A DNA stretch of 64,000 nucleotides from the human T2T-CHM13v2.0 reference genome, Homo sapiens: NCBI RefSeq assembly GCF_009914755.1, contig NC_060929.1; one strand, given 5' to 3'. Below are positions 1 to 17,048 of this stretch, one piece after another (positions within the stretch are counted from its first letter, which is position 1; each line of letters begins with the position of its first letter). The notes beneath the pieces are model-generated. The model did not search any database. It was not told the DNA's origin and worked only from the letters and a program-made list of their open reading frames with translations. Position numbers and translations under genes: made by a program.

Positions 1-653
1 GCTGGTAAGCATGGCTTGCATTGGCCACAGAGTGGGGCAGACTAACAAAATGCTCAAAACAAAGCCCACTAGTGGACTAGTGGTCCAAATTTGGGGAGAG
101 ATTGGGCCAGACAGCTCAGTGTGATTTGTGGTAGAGAAACAGCATTAGAACCTAGATATAATCTAAAGCTCCCTGATGCTTAGGCCCCAATACTAGTCTC
201 ATGAAAACCAAATGTCTCTTATTGATTTGGGAGAAATTGATGGGGAATTATTTGTTATGTTTCTGTCTTCATTTTCTTACTCCCTTGTATGCTATTTATT
301 CTATTACCTCTATGACCCTATAGAAACCAAAATCAGCTGTGTCACTGATTTCTACAAGTGGTCCACTTTTATTAGCATTTTTGTGTTTTTTCTGAGCTGT
401 ACTAGAATGGGGGGATGTGGGGAGATATGAGAAGTTTCCAGAGAAAGTGGTGACACCACGCAGGTTCCTAGCTTTCTGCCGTCTCCTGAATCCCTTCTCT
501 CTCTTTTGTCCTCTTATTTCAACATTCCACCTTTTCCTAGGCAACAAATAATATCCTCTCCTCTGTTCTAGCGAAGCTTAATGCTTCACAATCACTACTG
601 TGACTTTAAATACTTATCAAACTATTTTTCTCACTAACTCAGCTATCACTTTT

Positions 654-953
654 TTTCTTTTTCTTTTTTTTTTTTTGAGAGAGAGTCTTGGTATCTCCAG
701 GCTGGAGGGCAGTGGCAGGATCTCATCTCACTTCAACCTCTGCTTCCCAGGTTCAAGCGATTCCCCTGCCTCAGCCTCCTGAGTAGCTGGGACTACAGGC
801 ATGTGCCACCACACCCAGCTAATTTTTTGTAGTTTAGTAGAGATGGGGTTTCACCATGTTGGCCAGGATGGTCTCGATCTCCTGACCTGATGATCCACCC
901 GCCTCAGCCTCCCAAAATGTTGGGATTACAGGTGTGAGCCACCGTGCCCAGCC
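654..953 (-). mobile_element. Alu (AluS, Sc/Sg-like), full length
   Basis: Reverse Alu dimer with poly-T; TSD tcagctatcactttt at 639-653 and 954-968. Confidence 0.95.
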
Positions 954-1768
954 TCAGCTATCACTTTTAAAGAGATTTTTGGTGAATTCATCTTTCTCCA
1001 ACTTGTTACATAAATACAGGCCCTGATCTGAAATCTAATGTAAGCTTTTCTCTGTGATGTTGACAGTTCCTGTTTTGTGTTGCCAGAAGGAAAAGTGGGT
1101 TTGCCTGGGCAGTATCAGGTCCTTCCACAGAAAGCGGCTTACAGTACTTCGGGCTCCAACTTGAATTCTCTTAAACAAGGAAATGTACGAGCTCAACATC
1201 GTAAGAACTCTGAGAATGAGGAGGCTCTGGGTTGGCTGATTCAGCAGCTCAGTTAACTCACTAAGGACTCATATTTTCCCATCTTCACGCTGACATCTTT
1301 AGTAAGTAAATGGTGTTCTTACATTGGCTCCCTATGTGCTCACTAAAAAAATAAATAAATAAATTAAAAAAAAAAGGTGCAGCACTTCCCACTATGATTG
1401 AACCCACGATGATTGGTCTAGAATAATGAGAGCCCAATCTTGCAAGCTCATAGGGATGAGGTAGCCAAGTCCTTAGGGAGGGGAGTAGGTCTCCGAAGAA
1501 TATGTGGGTTCTGTTAAGAAGGAGAGGCAGGAGGAATTAAACCTCGGGTAGATAACCCGTGTTACCTGTTTCAAGAGAGGGGAAGTGAATGGAAAACAGA
1601 GAAAAGTTTCCATAAGGCCGTGGGCAACACTGTTCTATTGTTCTGGAGGCTGCAATAGGGTCTTGCATAAATACACATGAGCTTCTTTCTCTCTAGAGCA
1701 TGATTGCTGGAGTTTGAGCAAAGCTTTATTCTCATCTTATTTGCAAGATAAGCCCAACAGCACCGTAA

Positions 1769-2057
<289 letters not shown>

Positions 2058-2238
2058 CACCACCTTGATTTTTATCTCTTCAACTACCAGCCCAGAAGCC
2101 TCATCAGTGATTCCCCATTCCTACCCCAGCCTTAGATATGAGCTCACGTGAATCCCATATAGCCCATGAATTCTACACACATCAGCTGCATTGGCCTTAA
2201 TGGGCATGGTTAGGATGGAGTACAGAGATAAAACCAAG

Positions 2239-2769
2239 TCTGGCAGACTGAAAAATGCCACCCTCCCCCATAAAAAAAGAGATTCCAAATCCTGACCCCT
2301 GGAATCTGTATTACCTTCTATGGCAAAGTGAATATTACCTTCTATGGCAACATGAATATTACCATAAATGGCAAAAGAGGTGATTAAGTTAAGGGTTTTG
2401 AGATAGAGAGAGTATCTTGGATTATCCGGGAGGGCCCTAAATACAATCACATGTATCCTTGTAAGAGAGAAACAGATTTGAGATGGAGAGGAGAACGTGA
2501 TGTGATCGTAAGAGCAGAAAGAGTTTTGAAGATGCTGGCCTAGAAGATTGGAGCGATGTGGCCATAAGCCAAAGAATGCTGGCAGACACCAGTAGCTGGA
2601 AGAGGGAAGAAATGAATCCTCCCCTTAGAGCCTGCAGAAGGAGTGCGGCCCTTGGTGACACCTTGATTTCAGCCCAGTGATACTAAATTTGGACTTCTGT
2701 GAGAGAATAAATTTCTATTGTTGTAAGCCCCTGAGTAATTTGTTACAGCAGCCATGGAAAACCAATACA
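2239..2769 (+). mobile_element. MLT1 (C/D-like) MaLR solo LTR
   Basis: gtgattaagttaagg, ggattatccgggagggccctaa and 3' taatttgttacagcagcc...aataca are MLT1 hallmarks. Confidence 0.8.
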
Positions 2770-3904
2770 CCAGGTCTAACCAGAGTGAGAAGTAGTGGTG
2801 GGAAATGCAGGCAATGTTGCTTCAGGGGTTTGGTCTTCAGGATGTCATGAACAGACCAGTTGGAGTGACCCAGATTGGATCCTGACACATGATGATTTCA
2901 TGCTAGGGACGCCCACCCACACCCGGAGTGTGTGTCATACACAACACAGCAGATTCCTGGGCTCTGGTCCCAGACCTGATCATCAGAGGCAGCTACAGGC
3001 CACTGGGACAAAGGCCTAAAGGGACGAAAGCTCTTCTGTACTAAAGGGGAACATGCCCTGCATCACTGTAAATCCGAGGAAGGCATGGAGGGGGCTTCTT
3101 GTCAGCAGCCTGGCTTGTGAGAGGGAGCCAGAAATTCCACTTGGGAGAGTGACAACTTAGCACACTTCCTAGGTTGGTAGAGTTTCAGGGAGTATTTGTT
3201 ACTTGGGTATTTAGTGAAGACATTGGACTCAGCTCAAGTGTCAAGTTCAGTTCCTAGTAGCTGTGTTGGATGCCTTGTGGAGGAAGGTTTTGAGAAGGAT
3301 GGCTGTGACTGAGTAGCGCGGTGCACCATAGACCCAGCAGGGCAGTGGCAGCCCTCTCAGCAGGTGTCTGCCCTGCAATGATCAGCATTCCTGGCTCTTT
3401 CTCCCAATGTCAGGCATCCCTTTGGTTCAGAAATTACATTCCATCTTGCTAACTTATTAATCAATCAGTAGGAATCACAGAGCAAGTCTATGTCGAAAGG
3501 TCTGTGCTAAAATGTTGTGGAGACAAAGAAAAGTCCTTCACGGTGGTTGCCATCTAGAGACTGCCTTCTGCGTGGCTGTGTGTCCTTCCTGCCTTCTCCA
3601 GGGTTCTACTGCTCAACTAGACTCACCAAAACAGAGGTGGAAAGTGCCCTTCAGTGGATTTATTCCAGGATTTTCTATGCCTTTCACTTTCTTGGAGTAA
3701 TATATATTTTAAAAAAACTTTGGCCAGATAATGATGTAACAATAAACCTGCCACATAGTACCAAAAAAGGGTAATCTGTGACAATAAAACATTGAATGAG
3801 TTTAAATTATAAAGAATTTTCTACAGTGTCCTTTCTTTTCTTGGTTGACTGCAGACCACTAAAAACTTGTTCGTGGGCTGGCTTTGAGCCAGCATTTGAG
3901 AGTC

Positions 3905-4617
3905 TGGATAATCTGTTCAGGCTGCTATAATGAAGTGCCACAAACTGGGTGGCTTAAACAACAGAAATGTACTGTGTCCGTTCTGGAGGCCAGAAGTCCA
4001 AGGTCAAGGTGTCAGCAGGGCTGGTTCCTTCTGAGGGCTTTGCAGGAGAATTGGCTCCATGCCTCTCACCTAGATGCTGGTAATTTCAGGCATTGCTTGG
4101 CTTGTAGAAGGGATTCTCCCTGTGTCTTCACATCACTGTCCCTCTCTGCATATCTGTCTCTGTGTCCAAATTTCTCCATTTTATGAGGACACAGTCACAT
4201 TGGATTAGGGCCCACCTTAGTGACCTCATCATGGCCAGGTGAGGTGGCTCATGCCTGTAATCCTACTACTTTGGGAGGCCAAAGCAGATGGATAGCTTGA
4301 GCCCAGGAGTTCTAGACCAGCCTGGGCAACATGGCGAGTCTCTAAAAAAAATCCAAAGAAATTAGCCAGGTGTGGTGGCCTGTATCTGTAGTCCTAGCTA
4401 CTCAGGAGGCTGAGGTGGGAGGATCACTTGAGTCCAGGACATCGAGGCTGCAGTGAGCCATGATTGCGCCACTGCACTCCAGCCTGGATGACAGTGAGAC
4501 CCTGTCTCAAAAAAAAAAAAAAAAAAAGAGACCTCACTATAACTTGATCATCTGTGATCTTATTTTCAAATAAGATCACTTTGAAATATTTTAAGGGTAT
4601 ACAATTCAACCCATAAT
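3905..4617 (-). mobile_element. MLT1 (B/C-like) solo LTR interrupted by AluJ
   Basis: aaactgggtggcttaaacaacagaaat...ttctggaggccagaagtccaagg; resumes after the Alu and ends caattcaacccataa. Confidence 0.8.
4233..4526 (+). mobile_element. AluJ
   Basis: gcttgagcccaggagtt and gaggatcacttgagtccagg J-type diagnostics; A-tail; degenerate TSD agtgacctcatcat / agagacctcactat. Confidence 0.92.
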
Positions 4618-4974
4618 AAGAGCTATTGTTTTATCCAGTAACGTGTTCTTTCAGTGTGTCTAGTCACCCATCCACTAATCAGAGGCTGTCAGGGAAGCTG
4701 AGTGCATGAAGATCCTGGCTGCAGTGTGCTTTATAACAGCAAGATCTGGGAGAAGAGGGTATAGGGAAATGATTTAGTGAAATGTCATCTCATCTCAACG
4801 GAGCCATTTAAAAGCTTGTTTATGCAGAGTCCATAACCACATGAAAAATGTTCATGACTCCTGTTCGTTTAAAAGGAGGTCACCCTTCCTCCCTCCCCCT
4901 GACCTTCCCTTAGTCTCAAAGATGGGTCTGGATCAAAGAAAGTGTGTTTCAACCTCAAGAAGAGGAGCATTCCC

Positions 4975-5435
<461 letters not shown>

Positions 5436-5624
5436 TCATGGTTGAGGACATTGGTCAGGTCAGGTGTTAAGAACATTCTCCCTCTCTTGATCCTCTGTCT
5501 CTTGTCTTCCCAGCAGCCTAGAAAGATCAGATGCAGCCTGTGGCATGCTCCCTCCTGGGAGACGCTTCTGTTCTGTGGTTCACTCTCTCCTTTCTCACAA
5601 GTTCACAAATGACTTTTACATCTG

Positions 5625-5800
5625 GTAAGTGAATTCTCACAATAGTCCCATGAGATGCTTACATTAGGTATGTCCATTTTACAGATGAGGACACTGAGGC
5701 ACAGGAAGTCAAGAAACCTGCACAAAGCCATGCAACAACCAGCCAGTATCTGAGTCATGACCAAAGCCCAGAGCCCAGTCTGCCTTCTTGTCTGAGGTCC
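5625..5800 (-). mobile_element. MIR
   Basis: Core ccattttacagatgaggacactgaggcacagg. Confidence 0.75.
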
Positions 5801-7000
5801 TTTCGACAGCCTGCATTGCTTATCTTCTAGGACAATCTGGCCCTAGGGAAGGAGGCCACCTGGACAGCACCATGGCGACACAGAGGGCACCAGATATGGG
5901 AAAGTTTCTCTCTGAGACCATGTTTGCTTCTGTTTCTCAAGCCAAGTTAATTCTCTCCTAGAACAACGCCAGTTAGAAATGGGGGAAGCTACTGAAATAC
6001 CTTTGGTGGCTTGTCTTGCATCGATATTATTTTCTCCCACTGAGGAGTTAGAGGGTTTCTGGTTATGTGCTATGTAAATTCTTTGGCTCATTCTTTTTTT
6101 TCCATCCTTCCCTCCATGGTCCATCAGGAAAATCATGGTTAAATGAGTGAGTAAAAGCTTATGATTTGCCCGTCCACGTCCCAACTTCCTTCTTCCTTTA
6201 GACCTTTTTGTGTGACATGTATTTTCTTTGACCCTGATTTTTTATTTATAGCTTCTACTTTATTGAAAGCACTCTTGTAAGCTGCCTCTATTCCTTTGTG
6301 GATTGAAACAGAGTGTAAGGAAATAAAATATTATCTTTTTTTCAGAAAAAGAACATTTTGGAAAATGAAAGTGTATTTTCCGTGTTTGTTTTGTTTTGTG
6401 ATAGAAACAGAAGATAAGGGAAGGATTATCCAATTCTACAAGCTTTGTGCTCTGGGGAATACAGGACTGATGCTTGATATTAAATGTATGTGCTACAGTG
6501 TAAATTTCTACTATTGGAATAATTGTGCTGGCATTGTTATTTTCACCTTTATTATCACTTTCATATATTATTACAGGGAGGAGGAAAGAGTAGGATGTGA
6601 ATTCTTTCACTCTTTTTGTTCAAAGTCAGCTTTATCGATAATTTACAAAACGTAAAATTTATCCTTCTTAAGTATGCAATTCAATACATATTTGCCGAAG
6701 TTTCAGAGTCATATAACCACCACCACAATTCAGATGTAGAACATTTCCCTCACTCTAGAAAGTTCCCTCATGCCCTTTTGCAATCAACAATCTTCCCCAT
6801 TCTGCCCCTGCTCTCAGCCCATTCACCTGATTTCTGTCCAAATATTTTTGAGTTGTTTTGCTCCAAGTGTTATTATATAAATAAAACCATACAGTATGTG
6901 GCCTTTTGTGTCTGACTGCTTTCAACTGGCATCATGCTTTTAAAGATCATCCATGTTATTGCATATACTAGTCGTTCATTTCTTTTTATTGCTTCACAGC

Positions 7001-7369
7001 TGTTTTAGTCTGTTTTGTGTTGACACAACATAATACAAGAGGCTGGGTAATTTACAGAGAAAAGAAGTTTATGTAGCTCATGGTTCTGGAGGCTGGAAAG
7101 TCCAAGAGCATGGTGCCTGCATCTGGTGACAGCCTTCATGCTGCATCATCCATAGTGGAAGGTGAAAGGGCAAGAGACAGCAAAAGTGAGAGAGCAAGAG
7201 AGTGCCCAACTCACTTTTATCACAATCCACTCTCGAGATAACAAACTCACTCCCTTCCTAATGACATTAATCCTTTCATGAGCCCTCATGGCCTAATCAC
7301 CTCTTAATACAGTCACAATGGCAATTAAATTTTAGCATGAGTTTTGGAGGGGACATTGAATCCATAGCA
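7001..7369 (-). mobile_element. MST (B/C/D-like) MaLR solo LTR
   Basis: tgttttagtctgttttg...ctgggtaatttac...gttttggaggggacattgaatccatagca. Confidence 0.85.
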
Positions 7370-7746
7370 GTAGCAATTTATCTTTTTTTAGTTGAGGAAC
7401 ATTTGGATTGTTTATAATTTGGGGTGATTATGAATAAAGCTGCCATAAACATTTGCATGCAGGTCTTTTTGTGGACATATATTTTCATTTCTTTTGGATG
7501 AACATCTATAATAAGATTGCTGGGTCATATGGTGGGTATATATTGAACTATATAAGAAATTGTCAAACTGTTCTTTCAAAGTGGCCAGGAGAGCCATTTT
7601 GCATCCTTGCCAGTAATGCATGAGAGCTCCAGTGCTCTGTATCCTCTATGGCACTTGCTATTTATGACTTTTGTTTGTTTGTTTGTTTTTGCCATTCTAA
7701 TAGGTATGTAGAGGTATCTCATTGTGGTTTTAAATTTCATTTACCT

Positions 7747-8068
<322 letters not shown>

Positions 8069-9473
8069 CTAATGTTATTGAGCATTTTTCATGTGTTTAC
8101 TCGCCATCTGCATCTTTACTTAAGTGTCTGTTTAAATCTTTTGTCCATTTTTAATGGTGTTGATTTTCTAATCATTGAGGGGTAAGAGTTCTTTATATGT
8201 TTGGGATACAAGTCCTTTATCAGATATGTTTTTCCACAAGCACTTTCTACAAGTCTGAAGCTTGCTTTTAAAATTTTCTTAACAGTGTTTTCTGCAGAGC
8301 AGAAGTTTTTAATTTTAATAAAGTCCAAGTTATCAATTATTTTTATAGTTTTTGCTGTATGTGCTTATCTATAAAAATCTTTGCCTAACCCAAGGTAACA
8401 GAAATTTTCTTCCATTCTCTTCTAGATGCTTTATAGTTTTAGGCTTTACATTTATGTCTGTGATCAATTTTGCTTTGATTTTTGCATATGGTGTGAGCTA
8501 AGTGTTGACGTTCATTTTTGCTTGTGGATATTGAATTGCTCCAACACCACGTGTTGGAAAGTCTCCTCTTTCCCCTTTGACTTACCCTGGCATCTTTGTG
8601 ATCTCTCATTCCTGACTTGGAATGAGATGCTGCCATTTACTTCCCCACCTCCCTGCCCCCCACCATGGCTTTTCACGTCTGAGCTAGGCATGGAGCCTAG
8701 ACAGGAATTTTTGTTGCAATACGTAACCATCTGTAAGGAGAAAATGTTTTCTGTAAGCGACTAATAAAAAAGCCTCCTAAAGCCTGATGAATTGGCCTCA
8801 GCATGTAAGTGCTTCCCTCTGGTTTTAAAAGAGAAAGCTGAAAGATATCCAGGCTCACCTGTTCAAATGAAATTCATCTTCCTCTGATTGGATGGCCATA
8901 AAATCTGCTATTATCTGCCGTCCTAGCCTTTTCTGAAAGAAATCCAATTTAGCAAGTAGAATATAGTTATTCCAGCTGACAACTACATGCTGGCAGTGAG
9001 CCGCGTAAGCCCTTGTGTACTAGCACCTGCAGATTGGCTGAAATGAAGACGGTGCCAACAAAATGTGTCTATGGCAGGCCATTCATCCTGGGGCCAACGG
9101 GGGCCACCATTGAACGTGACAATGGGAACTACAGTGTTTCGGGGGAAAGCAGGGAGCTCAAGAGTCCTCACATTCTGTCACATATGAATTCTTTGATCTG
9201 GTGAACTTTTGTTTGCTTTCAGTCAGTTTCCTCACCCTAAGCTGGGGACAGAAGAACTCTTGTGTCAGGGTGAAGACAGGAGGTAATGCAGGTACCAACT
9301 TGAATATTCTGTACTTAGGGTGTTCTCCAGGGTTATAACCATCATCATGCTTAAAAAAAAAAAAAAACAGATGAACTTTCCACAGAGGTGTCAAGGTTGA
9401 AATCTTAGTTGGTATATGACAATGTGTGGCCCTCTTCTCTAATGCCTACTTTGTAGGGTGGCTAAGTGGATTA

Positions 9474-9769
<296 letters not shown>

Positions 9770-9792
9770 TCAGCAGTATTTCTTTTATTATT

Positions 9793-9880
9793 TATGGTAG
9801 GCTGGGTAATGTTCCCCCAACCCCCACAATTATCAGTGCCTTAATCCCTGTAATCTGTGAATATGATACCTTATATGGTC
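9793..9880 (+). mobile_element. MLT1 LTR 5' fragment
   Basis: ttaatccctgtaatctgtgaatatgataccttatatgg, similar to the other MLT1 starts in this window. Confidence 0.55.
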
Positions 9881-9889
9881 TGAAGGAAA

Positions 9890-10350
9890 AGCAAACCTAG
9901 AGACAGTGTCAGATCCCACAGATTAAAGGCTCACTCCCACAAGACTGCCTCCGATTCAGACACCAGATGCAAGTGGTAGGTTGTAAAACAAACAAAAAGT
10001 AAGTAGTATGTTGTCACCTACACTGACTACAAACTGGGCTTCCCATGACCCTCACCCCCCACACACAACTTGAGTTTGGTTAATTTGCTAGGATGTCTTA
10101 TAGAATTCAGGGAAACACCTTACTTATGTTTACCCATTTATTACAAAGGACATTACAAAGACTACAGATGAGCAGCCAGATGGAAGAGATGCAGAGAGCG
10201 AGGTATGGGAGGAAGGACGTGAAGCCTGCATACCCTTTCTCGGTGCTCCACCTTCCCAGCGCACGTGTTCAGCAACCTAGAAGCTCATCAAGCCTTTTTG
10301 TTCAAGAGTTTTTACATAAGAGAGCTTGATAGAGCTTAATCTCCAGCCAC
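9890..10350. mobile_element. MER21-like ERV1 LTR fragment
   Basis: cagatcccacag...cccacaagactgcc; ttaatttgctag...cagatgagcagccagatggaagagatgca. Confidence 0.7.
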
Positions 10351-11084
10351 CAGCCTCCCTAGCCAGAGATCCCAGGCCTCACGCTGGGATTGGTCTCATT
10401 TGCTAGCTTGGTCCGTTCCTTAAACCCAGCTTGCACCTGGGATTGCTAATCCCCGCTGAACGCATTCTCCTGCTAGAGTTCTACTTAGGAATATCTGAGT
10501 GTCTCTTCTGTTATTCATCAGAGTGGAAAACGCTCCCTGTAACCTTTAAGCCTACGAGCTTAGAGAGCTTGAATGTTTCAAAATCATGCCGCTGCTCTGG
10601 GATCTGCCTATACAATTCCACTCACGCTTTGCTTGGGACTAGAATGTCCCCATGCAATGCTGCCTGTACACCAAGCTCACAGCCCAGGATGCCAAAACGT
10701 TGGCTGATTTCTGCTCCCTTCATTGCTTTCTAACTTCCTTCCTTTCTCCCACCCTTCCTCTCATTAATACTGACTGATCACATATTACCTGCTAGGGACT
10801 TCACGCCTCTTCTCTTTCAACACTCACAATAGCTTCATGAGATACATTTTCTTCTTAGATGAAGAAATCATTTCATGATAACGAGTGGGGGAGACATGAT
10901 CCCAGTCAGGACTGTTTCCAAACGCACCATGCTGTGCTGGTCCAGTCCTTCATTCAGTTCCTGAGAGGGCACAGCTGTGAGGGATGGGCACAGCTGAGCC
11001 TGTTCAGGAACTCAGAATCCCGTGGCAGAGGAGGATTTGGAAAACTACTAATTACCACACGATGTGGTTGGTGCTCCTGTATTA

Positions 11085-11255
11085 CAGTGGCTTTCAAAGC
11101 GTGGAGCCCAGAGCGGCAGCATCAGGATCAGCCTGGAGCTTGTTAGAAATGCACATACTTAGACCCCAGTCAGGCCTACCGAATCAGAAACCCTGGGCGT
11201 GGGGTGACCAGCCTTCGCCGTCATTCTGATGCTCACCGAAGTTTGAGAACCACTT
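11085..11255. mobile_element. MER5A hAT-Charlie MITE
   Basis: TIRs cagtggctttcaaa ... tttgagaaccact; internal ggagcttgttagaaatgca. Confidence 0.85.
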
Positions 11256-11856
11256 TTACGGTATGTGGGATGATGGGACAATGAGCAATGAACCCTTCCT
11301 AGTGGATGGGGTAGGCTTTACGGACCTTCCAGCGGGAGCCTGAGAGGCAGCAGAGGGGCAGATGCCTATTCCAGCCAAGGTAAGGAGCAATGTGGGCAGT
11401 GTCCCTGCCATGTAAAGGATGTGTGGTATTCTGAGATCCATGAGGAATGATAGTACTTGATAGTAGTTCAAGTATAGGTATGAGGTGGGAAATTAAAATG
11501 GCACCAGAACTTGGAGGACACTGAAGCCAAGAAAATTGAGACTTTCCTGTAAAACAATAGGGAGTTGCTGATGACTTTTAAGCTGGGAAATGGCATGCTT
11601 ATGTTTGAGTTTAAGAAGTATCATTTAGGGAGTGGGTTAAAGGAAGAGACAAGAGACATGTAAGCCTATGAATCAAACAGTAAATCGTTAAAAAAAAAAA
11701 AAAAAAAGGAAGAAGGGAAAGAGAAAGTGTAAAAAAAACAACCATGAGTCTAACGAGATAATTGATAGTATCTTACCCTTGAATTGAGACTTAGTTTCTG
11801 TTCAGGCTGCTAAAATGAAATACCATAAACTGGGTAGATTAAAAACAACAGAAATT

Positions 11857-12163
<307 letters not shown>

Positions 12164-12410
12164 AAAACAACCCAGAAATGTATTCCTCAAGTTCTGGAGG
12201 CTGAGAAGTTTAAGATCAGGGCATCAGTGGAGTCAGTGTCTGGTATGGGCCTGTTTCCTGACACATAGATGTTGCCTCTTCCTGGGTCTTCACTTGGTGG
12301 AAAAGGTGAACAGACTCCCTCCCTTGGGTCTCTTTTATGAGAGCACTAATCCCATGACCTAATCACCTCCCAAAGGCCCCACTTCTTAAGACCTTGGGGG
12401 TTAGGATTTC

Positions 12411-13785
<1,375 letters not shown>

Positions 13786-13819
13786 TTATTTTAATGGCCT
13801 TCCTGGAGTCTTGTAGAAA

Positions 13820-13962
13820 TCTTAAAATTCAATATACAAAAAAAATCACCTGAGGCTCTTGTTAAAATGCAATAGGTATGAGGTGGTACCCAAGAATTTT
13901 CATTTCTAAGCTCCAAGGTAAAGCCATGTTACTGGTCTGAGGGCCATGCTTTGATTAGCAAG
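13820..13962. mobile_element. MER5-family fragment
   Basis: aatcacctgaggctcttgttaaaatgca...ctggtctgagggccatgctttga. Confidence 0.6.
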
Positions 13963-14119
13963 ACTGAGGACAAATCTTATTATAGTCCAGAGATTGTATA
14001 GCATATGTATTTTTTTCCTTCTAGAACAAACTCATTAGTGTATAATGATGCATCTGTTGGGTACCTTTATCTCTTCACTGTTTCTTCTTACATCTGCAGA
14101 AACTGAAGTAGCATATGGC

Positions 14120-14345
14120 ATATAAATACATGTCTTTAAGAGAAGACAGTCCAACAGACCAAGGTTTAAATCTCAGTTCTGGCAGTTAGTGGCTGGGTGG
14201 TGGTGGGTAAATCATGCATATTTCCTGAGTCCCCTGCCTTTATTGGTAAAATGGGGATAATAACACTTATTCTAGTAATTAAAGATGAAGTGGGATAAGT
14301 GTAAGTCATGTATGCACATGGCATATAGCCGATATTCAGGTAATG
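14120..14345 (+). mobile_element. MIR
   Basis: ggtttaaatctcagttctg...gtaaaatggggataataac. Confidence 0.65.
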
Positions 14346-14801
14346 TGAACTGTATGGTTACATATGCATTTGTGCAGCCCTAACTGCCTTCTCCATGGCA
14401 CAGACCAGACTTCTGGCCACTTCTCTGCCTTGGGCAGTAGAGATTAGAGAGAAAAAAGGTCAGAAAGACTTGTTTACTCTGTGTCACACAGGCCCCCAGG
14501 GAAGGGCACTCAGCATGAGAGAATACATTTTTCCAAAGCCCTAATGCTACAAGATAAGCATTCTGCTTGGTTGGCCAAAATGTACTGAGGAGATAAGGGA
14601 AACAGACAACAGGCCCCCAAAGCAAGATTCTTTTAGTCAACTAACCGTTATGTAATTCAGGGCAGCTTGAAGACTGGATGTACTTTCTGCAGCAGAGAAG
14701 CCAGTGACTGCCTATCCATCAATTCCCATCCAGCTCTCCCATTGCAGAGCATGTGGACAAAATGGGAAGGGAAAAAAATAAAACCTTGTAATCTTTTCCA
14801 A

Positions 14802-14985
14802 GGAGGCAGCACGGTGCAGTGCTGTCAGACAAATGTGGCTTTGGATTTCAGCTCTAATACTGGCTGGACAAACGTGGGTGAGCTACTTCATTTCTCTAAG
14901 CCTTGTTTCATTATCTGGGAAGTGGAGATAACACCAGCTCGCTCCCAGAGTGGCTGGGAAATGAGATTGCACACATAAAGCAGTG
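14802..14985 (+). mobile_element. MIR, followed by (CA)n at 14993-15027
   Basis: ctctaagccttgtttcattatctgggaagtggagataac. Confidence 0.6.
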
Positions 14986-15902
14986 TCAGGTGCACACACA
15001 CACACACACACACACACGCAACACACCCAGTGAAGACTTTTTGAGTTGAACAGGTCATGTTACAAGGCTGACTGTAAACTCTTTGAGGGCAGCAATAGTC
15101 CTTTTCATTATTTACAGTCCATTGCCTTAAACACAGTAGGTTTCCAGTAAATGCCTTTGATCTAATTGATGCATCTATATACCTGTAATTTAAAATAATC
15201 TAGGGTTTGGAAAGGTTGTGATATTTTACTCTCTCTAGATCAGAGTGAATTTTCTTAACCACAAAGATGAGCCTAGCAGCTTTGGCACACAGGCCCAAAT
15301 AGCTCCCCAGGGCCTACAACAGGGATGCTTAATAGTTTCCACATTTAACGTTTCATCCCTGGTTGATTGGCAGAGGCTGCCTGGAGTCCTGAAGTGGGGA
15401 AGGCTTCCAGACTTCCCTAGAAAGCCTAGAAGATGGCTAGGGCAATGGTGGGAAAGATGCTGGATTCAATTTGTGATGATAGGGATAGGTGTGACAGGGG
15501 AAATTTAAGAGTTAGAATTTGACTCCCTGGACTCTATGATAAAATCTACAAATTTTTATAATTTAAAAACAAACCTCTGAATCACTTATGAATTAAAGAT
15601 GAATTAATAAAGAAAAATTTTTAAATGCTTATAACTGAATGATAATAAAATTGCTATTTAACACAATGTGGGATGGCATTAAATTGCTTCTTAGGAGGAA
15701 TTTTATAGCCTTCAATGATGATATTGGAAAATAAGTAAATGAGATGAGAAAAAATGAACTAAGTGTTCAACTTAAGAAGCTGGAAAAAGCACAAGCAAAT
15801 AAACTCAAAGTGATTAGAGTGGAATTATAAAAGTAAATGCAAATATAAAATAAAATGAGATAGAAAACAAAGAGAAAGAAGTATAAAAATCTTGAAGTTG
15901 AG

Positions 15903-16214
15903 TTTTTTTCTTTTTTTGGTTTAGCTTTTGAAACGGAGTCTCACCCTGTCACTTAATCTGAGTACGGCGGTGCAATCACTGCTCACTGCAGCCTGGACCT
16001 CCCAGGCTCAAGCAATCCTCCTACCTCAGCCTCCTGAGCAGCTGGGACTACAGGCATGCGCCATCACACCTGACTACATTTTTTGGTATTTTCTCTAGGG
16101 ACGGGGTTTCGCCATGTTGCCCAGGCTGGCCTCGAACTCCTGGGCTAAAGCCATCCAAACCTGCCTTGGCCGCCCAAAGTGCTGGATTACAGGGGTGAAC
16201 CACCATATCTGGCC
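15903..16214 (-). mobile_element. AluJ
   Basis: ggctcaagcaatcctcc J-type text; TSD tgaagttg on both sides. Confidence 0.92.
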
Positions 16215-16920
16215 TGAAGTTGTTTTTTTTTAAACTCTAAAAAATTAAGAAACTTCTAGCAATATTGAAAAACCCCAAATATGACAAAATACTCAAATTT
16301 TAAAAAATATCAAAAGTAGGAAAATAGACATAAATGCAAATTCAGCAGAGATTTTAGAAACAGTAAAAGACCATGTGAATACTTTTATATCAATATATTT
16401 AGAAGCAGGCATAATAGACAAATAATAGAAAAATATAGATCATTAAAACTGACTCAAGAAAAAGTGAAAACCTTGAGCGGCACAAGAGTTATCATGGTAC
16501 GTAATTGTAGAATTCATTTTTTCTCATACATAAAACATCGTGCTTACTTAATAGTGATGGTACAGATAATTTCACTCTTCACACAAATTCGGAGAAAAGC
16601 AGAGGAAACACTCCTCTTAAATTGTTACAAACTTGATATTTAAACCAGAGAAGGACTATGTTAAAAAGCAAAATATAAGCCAATCTTATTCAAGGTTGTA
16701 GATGAAAAATTCCTAAACCAAATACGAGAAAACAAACTGAATCCAACAATAGATAGGAGTATACTATAACTAGGTTATTTCAAAAAAGCAAGATTGACTT
16801 AACAGTAGAAAAACCTATTTATCTAAATTACAAGATTACCAGATTAAAAGGGGAAAAATTTGTCTGATAATCATATTAGTACACAGGAGAAGGATTTGAC
16901 AAAGCTAAGCCAAAGTTTAT

Positions 16921-17048
16921 ACTTATGCCTAGTGTTCCATTATTGGAACGCTAAGCACGTGGGAGTTATTTATATCCTACTGCTCAAGGTCATCACTAAG
17001 GTCTGATTGCAAAAATTCAAAAAAATTGCAACCTCAGGCATAAATGGG
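16921..17048 (+). mobile_element. MER85 piggyBac (PGBD3-family) MITE
   Basis: ttatgcctagtGTTCCATTATTGGAACgctaagc...aggcataaatggg followed by TTAA (17049-17052); left TIR end damaged. Confidence 0.9.

Noticed and set aside
15245-15508. ORF ending MIGIGVTGEI, reminiscent of the bornavirus N C-terminus
   Set aside because: Only a few residues resemble it, the rest shows no similarity, and there is no tail or TSD; likely chance (TBLASTN would settle it)
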